This document shows positions 39,177 to 52,178 of a stretch of DNA of 64,000 nt, in pieces (within the stretch, counting starts at the first letter, position 1; every line of letters begins with the position of its first letter). The stretch is from Bigelowiella natans CCMP2755 (taxonomy: Eukaryota > Protista > Cercozoa). The stretch covers positions 1 through 64,000 of the forward strand of contig ADNK01002546.1 of the NCBI GenBank assembly GCA_000320545.1, in the 5' to 3' direction. A program made the position numbers and the translations under genes. Below the pieces are notes generated by a model. That model had not been told where the DNA came from. It did no database searches and saw nothing but the letters and a program-made list of their open reading frames with translations.

Positions 39177-41763
39177 CATATATTTCATTTTTTCTTTGGT
39201 TGGTTTCGATCGTTTGTGACTAAATGCCGATGTTCCGCACTAGGTGACGTCCTTACCCCAACGAAGCTACGATGGGTGAGCTATATATATATTATTTTTA
39301 TATCTTTTTATATAATATGAATATATATTGAGGAAGAATTAAGATACATTTCCTTTCTTGCCTCGTTAGAGGAGAGATTACTTACGAATAGAATATCTAG
39401 ATCGATATACACACACACGTATAAACACGACTAATTCCCTAGGTGTACGAGAATCTGGACATCGATGCAGATGCAGGAGGGGGTGGAGGCTTAGCAGCTC
39501 ACCCAGATGGTTCTCACTACAAAACTCAGGCCAAAAACGATGGGAATTTGGCCGATGCAGAGAAGCAGTGTGCAGATGAGAATGCGCTGAGCAGTAGCTC
39601 AAACGACGATCAAGACATTGGTAGGTTTTTTTGAGCTGTTATTCTTTTAGCATGATTAATAATTTATTACAATATACAATATATATATATATATATATAT
39701 ATTAAAATATAATATAGAAATATCCATTTTTAGTTTGCATTTGAATTCTTTCTTGAAGCAGAGGTTGGTTGGTAAGGGGGCCGGAGGGGGGTAGAGGCTC
39801 TTGGTATTTGTGCGAAGAAACAGAGCGATCTCTATCCTTCCAAACCGAAATTAAAGCGGGGAAAAAAGGGAAAGTTTGCCGTGAATTTGTTTGAACGAAC
39901 GTGCGACTGCTAACGCCACTTTCTCAAACCACCACCGTGTTGCGGAATATATGCGTGCAGATGACATCGAGGCGCGAGCACAGCTGGCCATCCAAAAATA
40001 CAAGGTTTGTTGCTTCGCAGCATGTTGTGAAAAAATACAAGCTCTCAATCCTGGAATCCCAACATGTAAAGATGAAGTCTCCCGCAACCTCGCGAATCCT
40101 CACTACGAGCAAATCGATTACTGAATATATATGCTCTGTTTGCCGTGCTGCAGAGGGGCGAGCAGCTGGATTATTTCGATATCGAGGCATTGGAGGAGAC
40201 AGGTTTGTGTGTGTTTCACGGTGCAGAGGCGTTTTGCGCACAGAAACAACCACGGCCGTCGCAAATGCGTATACGCGGACTCATTTTTCTGTGGAATAGA
40301 GAAGGCGATGAAGGGGGGGGGGGGGTTGGGAGAATGAGAGATAAAGTTGGGGAGAGAAAGATGGATTAATGCTTCCGACTACTGCGTGCAACCACGATGC
40401 GAAGAAACCAACTCTAATTAGCTTTGCTCTTGCTCGCGACAGGGCGACCGGTGGAGGACTACTTATCTCCGGTGCCTACTGATAACAAGAATACCCCTGC
40501 TGCCGCTAGGGAAGTAGACAAGACAAGTCGCAGCTTGCTTGAAATACAGGATGGAAGTTCCTCAACCTCGATAAAGCAGCAAAAACTACTATCACCTATA
40601 GCGAATGCATCTTTCAGCGCTGCTGCGACTGCTGCGGAGCCGGCACATTATGCACCGTCGAGTTCCTCCTCCTCCCTGGCCAACCAAGCTCTCATTGACG
40701 AAATGAAGGCCCGACTTTTCAAGCTGATCTCGGCTAATAGTAATGCTGACGCTGTTCCATAGTCTCGTGCGTGTTTGCCTTCTTTTTGTCGCGGTCTCGA
40801 TTTTTTTTTTTTTTGGGGAGAGAATCGTGTGTGAGTGTGAGTGTGTGTGTGTGTATGTGTGTGGGTGGTGGTTCTTTATGCACGAGGCTGTGGGACTTCG
40901 CGCAAACCCTGCTTGATAGCACGCGATCACAAGGATACCATATAAATACATGCGTGTATGAATATATACTATGCAACCGGTACGTGACTGACTACTCCTC
41001 ACATCTCGCGTTCGCAGAGTCGTTGATAAAGAACTGGCAAATGCACGGGTAAGTCATCGCCCACACGCAGACAGATCTCCAACATAAATCATCATGTGCG
41101 ACTGCCCCTCACAACGAAGCGAAACGCGTCTTGAGCGTGCGCCAGCGTCTGTTGTTGTAAGTTTATTGCTTAAGATGTACGAATCAGGTTTTGCGTGAAG
41201 TTAGCGAAAGCTGAGCTCGATGAAACGGGGAACATTGTAAGATACACTCTTTTTGCTAGCGCCCCCCTTTCCTCTCCCTCTAGACGGTGTCTTGCAGCAT
41301 TATTTTAACTCTTGCGGTGCCGAGCGCGGCATCGAGAGCGATATGTTATGAAACATCTGCCGCTCATACAATTACAGCTTGACACGGCACATCAAGTACG
41401 GCATTTCGCTATTCAAAAGGTAGAGTTGTGTGATGTGTACCATGCACGGTGTCTAAGGGTAGATTTCGCGCATCCCGGGGCTTGAGAATGCTAGTGCCGC
41501 GGCGTTTTTTTTAGCCAAAGCAAGTGATTCAAGCGTTGATGGGTTTTTTTTGTATGAATCTGTACAGTTGGGGAATTGGTCAAAATCAATGAGAGCAAAC
41601 ACCATAAACGGGGAGATCAGCTTACAAGGTTCGGTAGGGCAGAGAATGCCTCGTGAGTGCTGCTATGCATTTCAAGCAGAGCCTCAAACTGCACGCGAAT
41701 ACGTGATATTTCCATGCTGCAATGTATGTGCGCAAATACATATAAAAGAATAGCAATGTGTTT

Positions 41764-41797
<34 letters not shown>

Positions 41798-43556
41798 ATA
41801 TAATATTAGAACATGCTAGTGCAATCGTCAGGGATTGCTGCAAAAAAGAACTATATAACCGATGATATCGGTTATCATCTAACAATTCAATCATCCTTCA
41901 ATTTGCCGCCGCCTTAGGGTTCTGTGCGGGGTTGTTCAGTGAAGATACCGCCATTGAAGACGCTTTCACTCAATTAAAAGTACCGATGCAACGGCATGGC
42001 TAGCACACACGCACACACACACACACACACAATCACACACACACACACACACACACACACATTTACACTCGCATTTATTTCCAACGCAACGAGTAACCGT
42101 TTTTTAAAAGCCATTTGCGTGGGTTTTTCCGCTTGATCTACGAGTGAGATCCTCCTTGCCGCGCAGCGCATCCATATGCCTATTGCATCCGTCTCCTCCC
42201 TCGCCCTCACGCCAACTTCTCGTAGAACTACCTGTCGCTCTACAACGAGTCATACGTCAAGGGGCAGGGTGGTGACGAGGCCTCCGCCACTTCAACCCAG
42301 CCGCACTTGCTCGAAGAAGGTGAGATCGGCTTTGAGGGTTATGATGATGGCTCCGATTACGACGAGTCGCCTAATCAGCAAGAAGACCTTGCTTTCCCAG
42401 CCGTGAGAGAACAGCGCAGCGAGATTGCAATGTATGCTCCCCTGCCGCAGACAAAAGCTACGAACAGCGCTGTTCAAGGAAGTGCATACATGCAAACGGA
42501 GCCGCTTGGCAGCAGACAGCACAGGGGCGGGCGGGATTATGATGGCGACGATAGCCGTGGAAGGAGAGAGCGAATTGGGGCCGGGGAAGACGAAGAGGGC
42601 CGCGCCATAATGACGCCTTACTGGAAAGGGGACGACCGACAGGTGGGAAGCTTTAAATATCCCGTTTTTTCCCCTCTAAAATTCGTCAGGCGATAGTCTG
42701 TACAAGAGCGGTAAGAATGTGCCATATGTTCATTATGTGCTCGCATTACTTTGAGACTTAGCATAGTGTTAGTCTAGTACAGCCGCAGTATAGCCGGTGC
42801 ATATTCGTCGTAATAGCATTGTCCAACCGAGTGCGCCAAGCTCATACCAATAACCACCATTGGCAAGCCGTTCCTTCCAATGGCAGCTGCAGAGCAGAAT
42901 AGCTATCAACCTGCGGTGCGGGGAAGTGGCCGCGTTCTTTGCGACTCGGCGTATTACGCGCACAGTTGATGCTGAATCAACGAAACATTCACGTCCTTGC
43001 AGTCGAGCGTGCATCTTCACTGATATACTTGATATACTTGACGTTTGCATCAGGAGGAGGCAGGTCATGGTGAGAGAGCGTCGTCGCAGTTGATGATTCC
43101 AATTCCCTCTCCAAAGCTGATGATGTTTGATTATTCGGTAGTTCCTTGCAAAACAGTCGATCCCAGGCTTTAGCTGCACAGCAAACACACACAGAAAGCG
43201 AGAAGGGGGGAGGAGGGGAGGAGAGATGGAGAGCTGGGAAGAGAGAAAGAAATAGAGAGGAGAGAGAGAAATGAAGCGACAGAGAGAAGAGGGAAAAAAA
43301 CCGGAAGAGGGGGAGAGGGCGGGGACGAGAGAAGGTATATCCACGGCAATAGCGTCACCAAACACTCACCCCAGTGCTGCTGGGGGAGAGCTAGATCCTA
43401 ACATTGGCGGCGTGGCAAATACTTGAAGAAGCAAAGCAGCCTCTCACGAGTAGAATGCAATCATCTCTCAGGAACCGACGCCTGGTTTGCCAGCGAGCGG
43501 CTCGGAGATGCCTTCGATACCCATCTCCCAGCGGTATATATACTCACACACACACA

Positions 43557-43594
<38 letters not shown>

Positions 43595-43633
43595 GTTTTT
43601 TAATCAACCGGTCGCACCGGCCTTACTGAAAGA

Positions 43634-43671
<38 letters not shown>

Positions 43672-44437
43672 ATATATACATATATATATATTTGTATTTA
43701 TATAGTTTTGTGTATATAATATATACTATTTATATATATTTTACACTATATTTGTGCTAATATTGCAGCGCATGTTTTGTGGCCAATAACCCTGCATTAT
43801 TACTGCTTCGATGCACCGATGTATCTTTCAATAGAGAAAGTGACGACGAGGAGGCTGGGGAGAACAGCAGAGGACGCTCTGTGGTTAGTTCTTTTTTCAA
43901 GTTTAATCCTCGAAAGTGAAGGGATTCGCTTGCAAATGCAGACCCTGTTTGGTGTCCTTTTCAGCTGTTACACACACACACACACACACTCGAATGTGCG
44001 CGTGCGTTTTTGCCGTTTGTTCTGCGCCATAATACCGTTACGCCGCTGACTCTGTATGAATGTGTAATGCTTGCATGTAGATTCTCGATGAGGTACGTAA
44101 GCAGCTCTCTGCGCTTCGCTCAAAGGTGAATACTTCTACCGCGCGTACATATTGGAGAATCAAATAAGGAGAGCAATGGATTTACGATATTTATTTATCC
44201 ACGCGCGCACGCACGCACACACACACACACACACACACACTTAAAAAGGTTTATGTGTGCAAAGCTATATGCTTGCCTCTTTATTCTATGCTTGTATATC
44301 ATCTATGAGCGTTGGCAATGGTCTATTCTTCCAGTTGTACTGCCAACATGCACGTTTGCAGTGCCAATCAGATCTTAGACAGTTTTATGAGTTTTTGGAA
44401 ACACTCAGCTTGGAAACACTCTACTGTTATATCCATA

Positions 44438-44471
<34 letters not shown>

Positions 44472-47062
44472 CTAATTCAAGGTTAATGAGTTGAAACTCT
44501 CACGAAGTGGAGACGGGATGCGGGCTAGAAATGACCAGACTCTGCGGTAAGTAGTAATACCCGATTAAAAGACTTTGAGTTTTGCTCACCTCATTGTTTA
44601 CTCTTATGGAAATCAACAACGGCTTTATCCGCCCCTTGAAATGTCGAGCCTTTCCAAAATCAAACACGCGATCTACCCCCACGAATGGCCGTCATGTTAA
44701 GTTAGTATGCGCTGGACATCGTCATCTTTTTTCACATGTTACGATTTTCTGTTGTGATGATTTCTCAGCGGTCTTTACGAGCCACCGTCGCCCCAAGGTC
44801 CCTTGTACGCCTCGTCTCTTCCCATCGAGAGCAATCGCCTACCCTACCAACACGCCCAAGCAGGACACATCTCTCAAAGAGACTATCAACTCTCCCCACC
44901 GTATCCATACCAGCAGCAGCAGCAGCAGCAGCGGGTGTTCGGTGAATACGAGCAGGGGGGGGTGAGAAGTGGGGATGTACGAGGCGACGGCCGAGGGGCT
45001 CTTTACAATGTAAACAGTGCCTATTACCCACCGCCTTCTTCCCCCCACACTAACACTGCCCTCTTCTCCCCACACTAACACTGCACAAACAACGAAACGC
45101 GCACTCGCAAGCCTACACACAAACCGAAAAGACACACACACACACACACACACGCACACACACACACATATTTATCAACAACGGTGCGGTCACAAAAAGT
45201 GTTTCGTGCGAACATCTTCTTTCTCCCTGCCCTCTCCCCTCTCCCCCTCTCCCCACTTATAACATACGAACACTTATTCCGTCGAATCCAATTAGACCCA
45301 CATCCAGTCGTACTACTACCATCACCCATACCCGCACATGGCAAGTATGTTACCTCGAGCAGCTCCTCCAAGACAAGGGTGGGTATACACGCAAAGGAAT
45401 GCTCGCGGATATATCCCAATCCAAAATTGCGTGTAGTAATCGTGATGTTTATCGATCAATCAGCGCATACATATAAAATGAGTATTATGTATATATATAT
45501 ATATATAATATATATAATATATAGAACATTCTCAAGCCGCATAAAGAAGTTACAACTCCGTCCGTGTCGGCAGCTTATTATTTACGTTCGCAACAGGCCC
45601 TTCCCCCCCCCCCCACCCGCTTTCAGTGTGAAACATCCTGCCGCTCCTAGAATCTACGAGCATGCACAGACGCCTCCAAGGTTTGAATGCTGCACGAAGT
45701 CGTCTCTCACTAACAATTGACAATTAGACGCGCAGGGTATAGCAGGATATGTACTCTTTGTTATGATAGTGATGCACGTAAAGAAAATGTCTTTCACGAA
45801 AAAGCCATATCTGACTCACAACAGCTCCTAAGTGGGCATCAAGAAGTAGTAAAACTGGATGTGGTTTTTTAACTCGATTTAGTTATTATTCAAATGGAGG
45901 GGGAAACAGCTTCTACTACGCACAGCCGCCGTCAGAGCCCGGCCGCTACTACTACCACCACTCGTCTGCTGCTCCCCCTCTTCCTCCACAACAGACTCAG
46001 TATTATCAGCCCTCCGATTATCAGCAGTTGCATTACGGTTTTTCTCCATTTCAGCAAGGTTATCTTCACTGGTGTTGTTCGCATCAAACGAGCAGACGAT
46101 CAGTTTCGATAATCCAATGTCGGCCAGAGAATATGCGCCGCAATGTTGTTTGTATATTCATTCTTTCTCTTCGTCGTTCAGAGAGCGTCACCCCCCCGCT
46201 GTCTAGCTACAGCATGCCCCCGCCAACTCCTCTGGGTATTGAGACGGCATTACGCAACGAAAAGCCTAACAGATTTTTTTTTTAAAGCGATATATGGCAG
46301 CCATTACGAGCATAAACTGCGAAGATGTTTCCAACGCCAGTCGGCTTGTTTTTTTGCACTTCTAATCATCGTATATCGTATATCGGATACTCGTAAAGAA
46401 AAAAACAGCGTTTGTGTTTTCCGCAATCCAGCTTTGGTAACGTTTCGTGCAATAAGCATTGCGTGTTCTTTATCTTAATGCACACGCGGCTGGCTGCGTT
46501 TGCATGCGTGTCGGTCGGTATATCACAATCATCATGTTCAGATAACTTACCAAGCGACATGTACGGCGGTCCTTCTCCTACATTCAGCTCTGCGGACAAC
46601 CAGAATGTACGCTATTCAGCAAAGCTGATTTTCGCATTTGAACATGGGAAAATCGTGAGCTTGATATTTCTTTCATCCTTACAACATTTCTTTCGCTGAA
46701 ACATTTTAGTGTTATGTGTTTAAATTATTATGAATGAAAAATTATAATATACATATAAATATATGATATATATTTATTATATTTCTCAAAGAACAGCTTG
46801 ATTTAAAACTTTCCATATTTTTCCCTTCGTATAAGCTGTTATCATTATCCCCATGTTTAAGCGTAGTTATCTGTTTTTTCACCCGACAGAGCCTTCGCTA
46901 TGATTACGTTGACAAAGGAGGAGGAAACCCACAGCAAGAGAGCAGCTTCAACGATTCTGTGGATATCGTTCGTTTGCGGTTGGAGAACAGGTGCAATTAT
47001 GGCCATGTTCATATAGGCCTAATGTTTACTCTTTGTTTTGTAGAGCATTTTATTTAATAACG

Positions 47063-47098
<36 letters not shown>

Positions 47099-47150
47099 GG
47101 GAGAAGGAGGGTTACGATGATACTTCCCTATTTTCTCCAAGTTTTCTACT
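37091..47150 (+). CDS. Intron-rich gene for an unknown protein with hydrophobic N-terminus, acidic middle and P/Q/Y-rich C-terminus (may be two genes)
   Basis: Exons MNRDMRRKSLL...GFVVLASTVLAIVHLL, DEDDDDDDDSEPASD, VYENLDIDAD, DDIEARAQLAIQKYK, NYLSLYNESYVKG, GLYEPPSPQGPLY and DNLPSDMYGGPSP have AG/GT borders; no recognizable domain. Confidence 0.55.
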
Positions 47151-48724
47151 TGAGCTGTATTTTTCATGCCTACTTCAGGTTTTTGTCTTCAAGTGCCCGG
47201 ACCAACCTAAGGTATCTGTGCTAGTTGTTTCATCGGGTTCTTGTCACAATTCGCATGGCAGAGAAAATGCATGCTCATCGAGTGCGTTGTTTCTAGGCAA
47301 GTGTTTCCACTGATTTTTCTCTCTCAATGACACTCATCAGGCCATATATGGAATATGGGGATTGGGTGCCTTTGGCAGTGCTCATGAGGTAGTTGAGCAG
47401 TAATAACCGCAGCACGGATAAAGTAAAATTCAGCCAGCTCAATGGCCTACTGTTTTTCCCTTTCAGGATGATCGGAGTTGAGTTGGGAGACATCGGCCGA
47501 GTCCAAGCTGCTGGTAATTGATTGGTCATATCGGTTTTTCTGCTGCGGGTGTCGTTGTTTCTCTGCTTTCATTCACAGTCCATCCTGTTTGGATCATTAC
47601 GTTTGTTTACGGTTTTCCGATGCTTCTACCCCGTGATTTGCCCATTCGTGTCGGACAGTGATGAGTTCCAAGGAATTGGAGCTGTCGCACGATGGTTTCA
47701 GAGTTCGGTTGGAAAGCTCGGCGTCTCAATCCAGCGGGGGGGCATCGGCCAATGCGGACGGTCCTCCCAGCCTCTCGCAAGGCCCTGAATGAAGGCTACA
47801 CCATGCCATGGAGGATTTTGGTCAATGAGCTTCGAGGGAACTAGCATCGGTCATCAAACAGAACTCGCCGAGGAATAAAACCTTAGCGTTCGCAGTCAAC
47901 CATGAAAGTTGGTCAATTAACATGCGCCGGTGCACATTTCGTGGGCTTTAGCTGCTGTGGAAAGTCGGCGCCATTTGGCCACCATGCTAGCCACGTGCAT
48001 TGGTCCGATGAATTCCGATAAGTTTTGTTCGCGTCTAGTTCGCGTGTTTCCAATCGGTTGTTAGTTTGGCACTGCTCAAACTAGCACTCAAAATAATGCA
48101 ATGCCGATTGGACGTCAGCACGCTAGCCTACCTAGCTACTTGCGCTTCGAAACAATTATTCGGGTTGACGTTCATACCTGGTTATTGGTTAGAATGACAT
48201 GTAGGCATGATGATGGTTTGAGTGACTATGATAGATGGAAGTGGTGAATGCCAGCATGTGATGCATGCAACCATGTTCAGGAACAGTCACAGGGGACGAA
48301 ATGATGGGGAAAACACGTAGCACACATGTGGTCTTTTTACTGCTGCGACATACAAGAAAGCAGCCATATGCTAGCATGGTGAAGAACACAACTTAACATT
48401 ATTCACCTAGGCTAGTTTGTGCAGCAAAAGTGGGAGAGTGCAATGATTTTTTTTCATCCAAAAAATAAAAAATGGCATCACATGCATGATGCGTCGTAAT
48501 GCGAACGCTATTCCGGGATGATGGAACGACCTAGAGACACGAAGCTGGCCCGCAAAAAAGCCCAAGTCCCGCGCATGCTAGCGGCACAATGCTCCTAGCC
48601 TTATCATGGGGTTTCACATTTAGATATGCATTTCAAGCTTGCTAATATTGCCATTTCATCATCAGGGCTTCAGTTATAGAGTGCATCGTTTTCAAAAGCT
48701 TTTGTTGACGCAACGTGCTTTCTC

Positions 48725-48746
48725 AGTAAGAGACAAAGTATTCATA

Positions 48747-48778
<32 letters not shown>

Positions 48779-48838
48779 AGTGTCTCTAACTATACGAGTA
48801 AGAGACAAAGTATATATTTATATGTATGCGTGTCTCTA
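48725..48838. repeat. Two tandem units AGTAAGAGACAAAGTA-(TA-rich)-GTGTCTCTA, each a small hairpin
   Basis: An AGAGACA...TGTCTCT inverted pair flanks a TA run in both units (48725-48788, 48796-48838). Confidence 0.8.
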
Positions 48839-49416
48839 CCCTCATACCGAGCAAGCTGGTTACAGTGGCACTTAGTCATTGCTGTGCGAACAATTCGCTG
48901 TCACGAAGATGAGATGACATCGATTCGATCAAGAAATTGGCAAATTGCTTGCGCCCTTCGAGAAGTCTAAAATGCCTTCAAATGAAACAGTCTGCTTTCC
49001 CAGGAAGCACCAATGTCAATCAGGATTGATGAGGTCAATCTCACTATCACCTGGGTTGCGATGGCTGTTGTCCTGCGAAGCCTTAAGACAAAGAAACACC
49101 AATCAAAGTGCGAATTCATTCCGTTTCGTTTTCAATCCAAGTCAGCAAGAGCAATGCAATCTAGACACATCCGCATCTAGTATGCATGCATGCATGCATG
49201 CGTGCGTGTGCGTGTGCGTGTGTGTGCGTGTATGTGTGCACTATCTAGCTATGTTTGCGCAGCTACATTTGTACGAGTACGTGTCAGTTCTAGCTAATAT
49301 CCGTGCCACCACCTCCTTCTCTTCGTGCATGCCTGCTTTTGAATAATATCCCCTGGTGAAATCAAATGGAGGTCACGACACTGCCCATGTCGCATGGGCC
49401 CTCGTATGTGCACACA

Positions 49417-49458
<42 letters not shown>

Positions 49459-49543
49459 AATAATGAATATATACATATGTAGTACTTGTATAATTTACTA
49501 GGCTTATTTGCTCGCACAACGCACAAATCATCCAGCGCAACAG

Positions 49544-50956
49544 TTACCTCTCCCCATGCTGCCGCACACCCGATGCGGCATCTTCTTCGTCATCGAAAGG
49601 CAGCCCACTAGAAGGTGAGACTTTCATGGTGTCTAGCTGCTTAAAAGCTTTGAGCGCTTGAAGAACTGAAGTAGCCTGCACAGACAACTCATGTTCGCCA
49701 TACGATTCTAACCAAGGTAGCTTTGCGTCAGCGTATTTCTTAGATGTGACCGCTGAATGCGGCATTTTCTCCTTTGTCAATGCCGTATACACTGCAGCAT
49801 TCACCAAATGCACGAAGATCCTTGTTTTGCGCCTGGTGTCATACTCTCGCAGGTCACAGGTATCCTTGGGAAAGTTCTGTTTGATCTTGCCTCCCGCGGC
49901 TACTCCGGATCTAGGTACCACAGCTCTGTGCCGGTACCAGTATGGAGATTGAGCCCCCAGTCGGTGAAGAAAATTTACTGTTTTCCCCTCCAAATCTAAA
50001 GCAGGGTCGCTTGCCTTTACCTTCTCGCCAACTTTGAGACCCAACGCACGCGGTGATAGTAGCGGCGAAAGAGTTACAGGTTTCTCGTCCTTTTCTGCAG
50101 AGAACGTGGTTGCATCTTTAACCTTGAGCGGATAGTACACGAGCTGCATGCATCTTGTGTTATCTTTCCCAAGGATCTGTTTCTCAACGGATAGGCCGTT
50201 CTTTAGAGGCGGGCCAGTAAACTGCCGCACATAACCATTGCTACAGCTGAAGCCGTCGATCCAGCCATATTTGACATAATTCTGTTTCGTGTCCGGAGTT
50301 TCCTTCTTCAGACCGTCACTCTTCGTATATGTTTCGCCTGAAATAGCGTTTTTCGTTCCTGTAAAAATCTGCAGGGCAGCCCCGTCTTGTACACCCATCA
50401 CTTTTTTATTTAGTATTGCTAGCATGGCCTCGGATTGCCGGACGGGGATAACTACACCTCCTCGCGCCTTCATCAGTCGTGGAGCATTCTCGAGGCTATT
50501 GACCGAACGAGGCCGGAAGAAACCGAAACACGGAGGGAGAGGATATTCTTTCTCGGTGAGGGGAATACGCAGAGTTCTCATAAACTCAATAGTCATGTTA
50601 CCAATGGAAATCTTGCTGCCGTCCACCTCGAAAGCAGGGATATTCCTTTTCTTGTCCTGCAAGGCTTGCAGGTCTGCCCAGATGTCGTTGAGGGGCGTAT
50701 CCATCCCAACGACGTGGTTGCCTCCCTCAGGGTCGAGCTTGCTAGCTTCCCCCACCGTGAACGTGGCCTTCACAACAGGGATTTTACCGACGATTTCATT
50801 GCCTTCGAGAAGCTTACCCGCATAGATAAAGGGCGTCAGGTCAACAGGAACTTTCCGGTCCTCCTGTATTCGCTGCTTCACATCGTTGATGGTATCTCGG
50901 GGGTCTACGTCCAAGGTGATCTTCGCACCAACCAGAGATTTGAGGTGGATCTTCAT
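49544..50956 (-). CDS. Intronless 470-aa protein: N-terminal ubiquitin-like domain fused to a conserved uncharacterized domain (F.RTLRIP...YPLPP family)
   Basis: MKIHLKSLVGAKITLDVDPRDTINDVKQRIQ...IYAGKLLE aligns with ubiquitin and has no terminal GG. Downstream motifs FMRTLRIP..EYPLPP, RGGVVIPVRQSEAM, WIDG...VRQF, AAGGKIKQ, FVHLVN and LPW match a family I recall from fungi and bacteria. Confidence 0.88.
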   Translation of the reverse strand: MKIHLKSLVGAKITLDVDPRDTINDVKQRIQEDRKVPVDLTPFIYAGKLLEGNEIVGKIPVVKATFTVGEASKLDPEGGNHVVGMDTPLNDIWADLQALQDKKRNIPAFEVDGSKISIGNMTIEFMRTLRIPLTEKEYPLPPCFGFFRPRSVNSLENAPRLMKARGGVVIPVRQSEAMLAILNKKVMGVQDGAALQIFTGTKNAISGETYTKSDGLKKETPDTKQNYVKYGWIDGFSCSNGYVRQFTGPPLKNGLSVEKQILGKDNTRCMQLVYYPLKVKDATTFSAEKDEKPVTLSPLLSPRALGLKVGEKVKASDPALDLEGKTVNFLHRLGAQSPYWYRHRAVVPRSGVAAGGKIKQNFPKDTCDLREYDTRRKTRIFVHLVNAAVYTALTKEKMPHSAVTSKKYADAKLPWLESYGEHELSVQATSVLQALKAFKQLDTMKVSPSSGLPFDDEEDAASGVRQHGER

Positions 50957-51416
50957 CGTTTGTTAGATTCGAGCCGTCGTCCTTTTCAAAAAGCAGATTC
51001 GCCGTATGGCCGCCTTTATTTGAGGGCAGCGGCGCGAACTTCCTTTTCGAACAATGAACAATTTTAAAAACGTGAGATCCTGAGCACATCCTCCCTTCCT
51101 GCCCATCCCCCCAAAATCCTGCACACCGGCACCTTCGACAGATCCCAGCGCAATGGAAGCTTCGCCCGATCTAGATTTACTGCGACAAGTAATTTGACAT
51201 GTCTTTTGCTAAAAATCGCCTGTATTTACACAAATATCCGACTACCGGAACAATGTCTGGCCGGGATTATGTACTCGTAGAGTTCACTTGAAATTGATCG
51301 CGGGCCGGGCGTTCGCTGCTTAAATTTCTGTGTATGAGCTCGAATTCGAAGAAAACGGCCTACAAAAGCTAAAAATAGATCGAATTTCGAAACGGGAGGT
51401 TTCAGCCACAACTGCC
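50957..51416. promoter_or_regulatory. Short (~460 bp) divergent intergenic region
   Basis: Separates the ATG of the Ubl-fusion ORF (-) from the ATG of the SRCR gene (+). Confidence 0.45.
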
Positions 51417-52139
51417 ATGCGGGAGATAGCAACAATGGAGCTCTCAGCTGTGACTCTACTTCTGCAGCTCAACGTGAGTTGTCAAAGGAGAGAAGGAGGG
51501 GTTTGGGCTGCTCGCGTGATCTTGCCGCCTGCTGCTATTGCCTCCCCGTGTTTTCTTTGAATAATGTTTTTTTGAGTTCTTCAATGGTTGGCAATTATCA
51601 TTGCAGGTTGCATTGGCAACCCCTTACCCGACTTCCTACCCGACTCGCTTTCCGAGCTTGTATCCCTCTCGTTTCCCGACTCGCTACCCGACCTCGTATC
51701 CCTCTTCTTTCCCAACGATGTACCCAACGCCATCTTCAGGAAGTAATAGACCGAGCGAGCGTAGCTATGTGTAACCTGTTTATAGATTGTAGTTCGGGGA
51801 CAATAGATTTTAGATAATGAAAGAAGCTGACACGTCTTTGGACCCACCCAGAAAACTGAGATTAGTCGTTTATCTATGCGTCGTGTTGCCCTCATGCTAT
51901 TTGCCTCTCCTATTTGAATGGGTGAGTGTATCGATTCGTCGGTAGTGTTTATCCTCTCTTTCTCTTTCCAACCCACCACTCCAGAGCCCCCACCGTTGTG
52001 CGGCCACTGACTCGTTTGTGCATGTTACGCAACAAGACATCATGGTTACAAATGGCGATTATCGGCTGGTTCCTATTGGGCAGACGAATCATAGGCTCTT
52101 CCAGGTGAGTGCAAAAACGCGAAGAACAATAATATATAC

Positions 52140-52178
<39 letters not shown>

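Noticed and set aside
50289-51067. Long + strand ORFs (178 and 210 aa)
   Set aside because: Antisense shadows of the Ubl-fusion CDS with no independent motifs.
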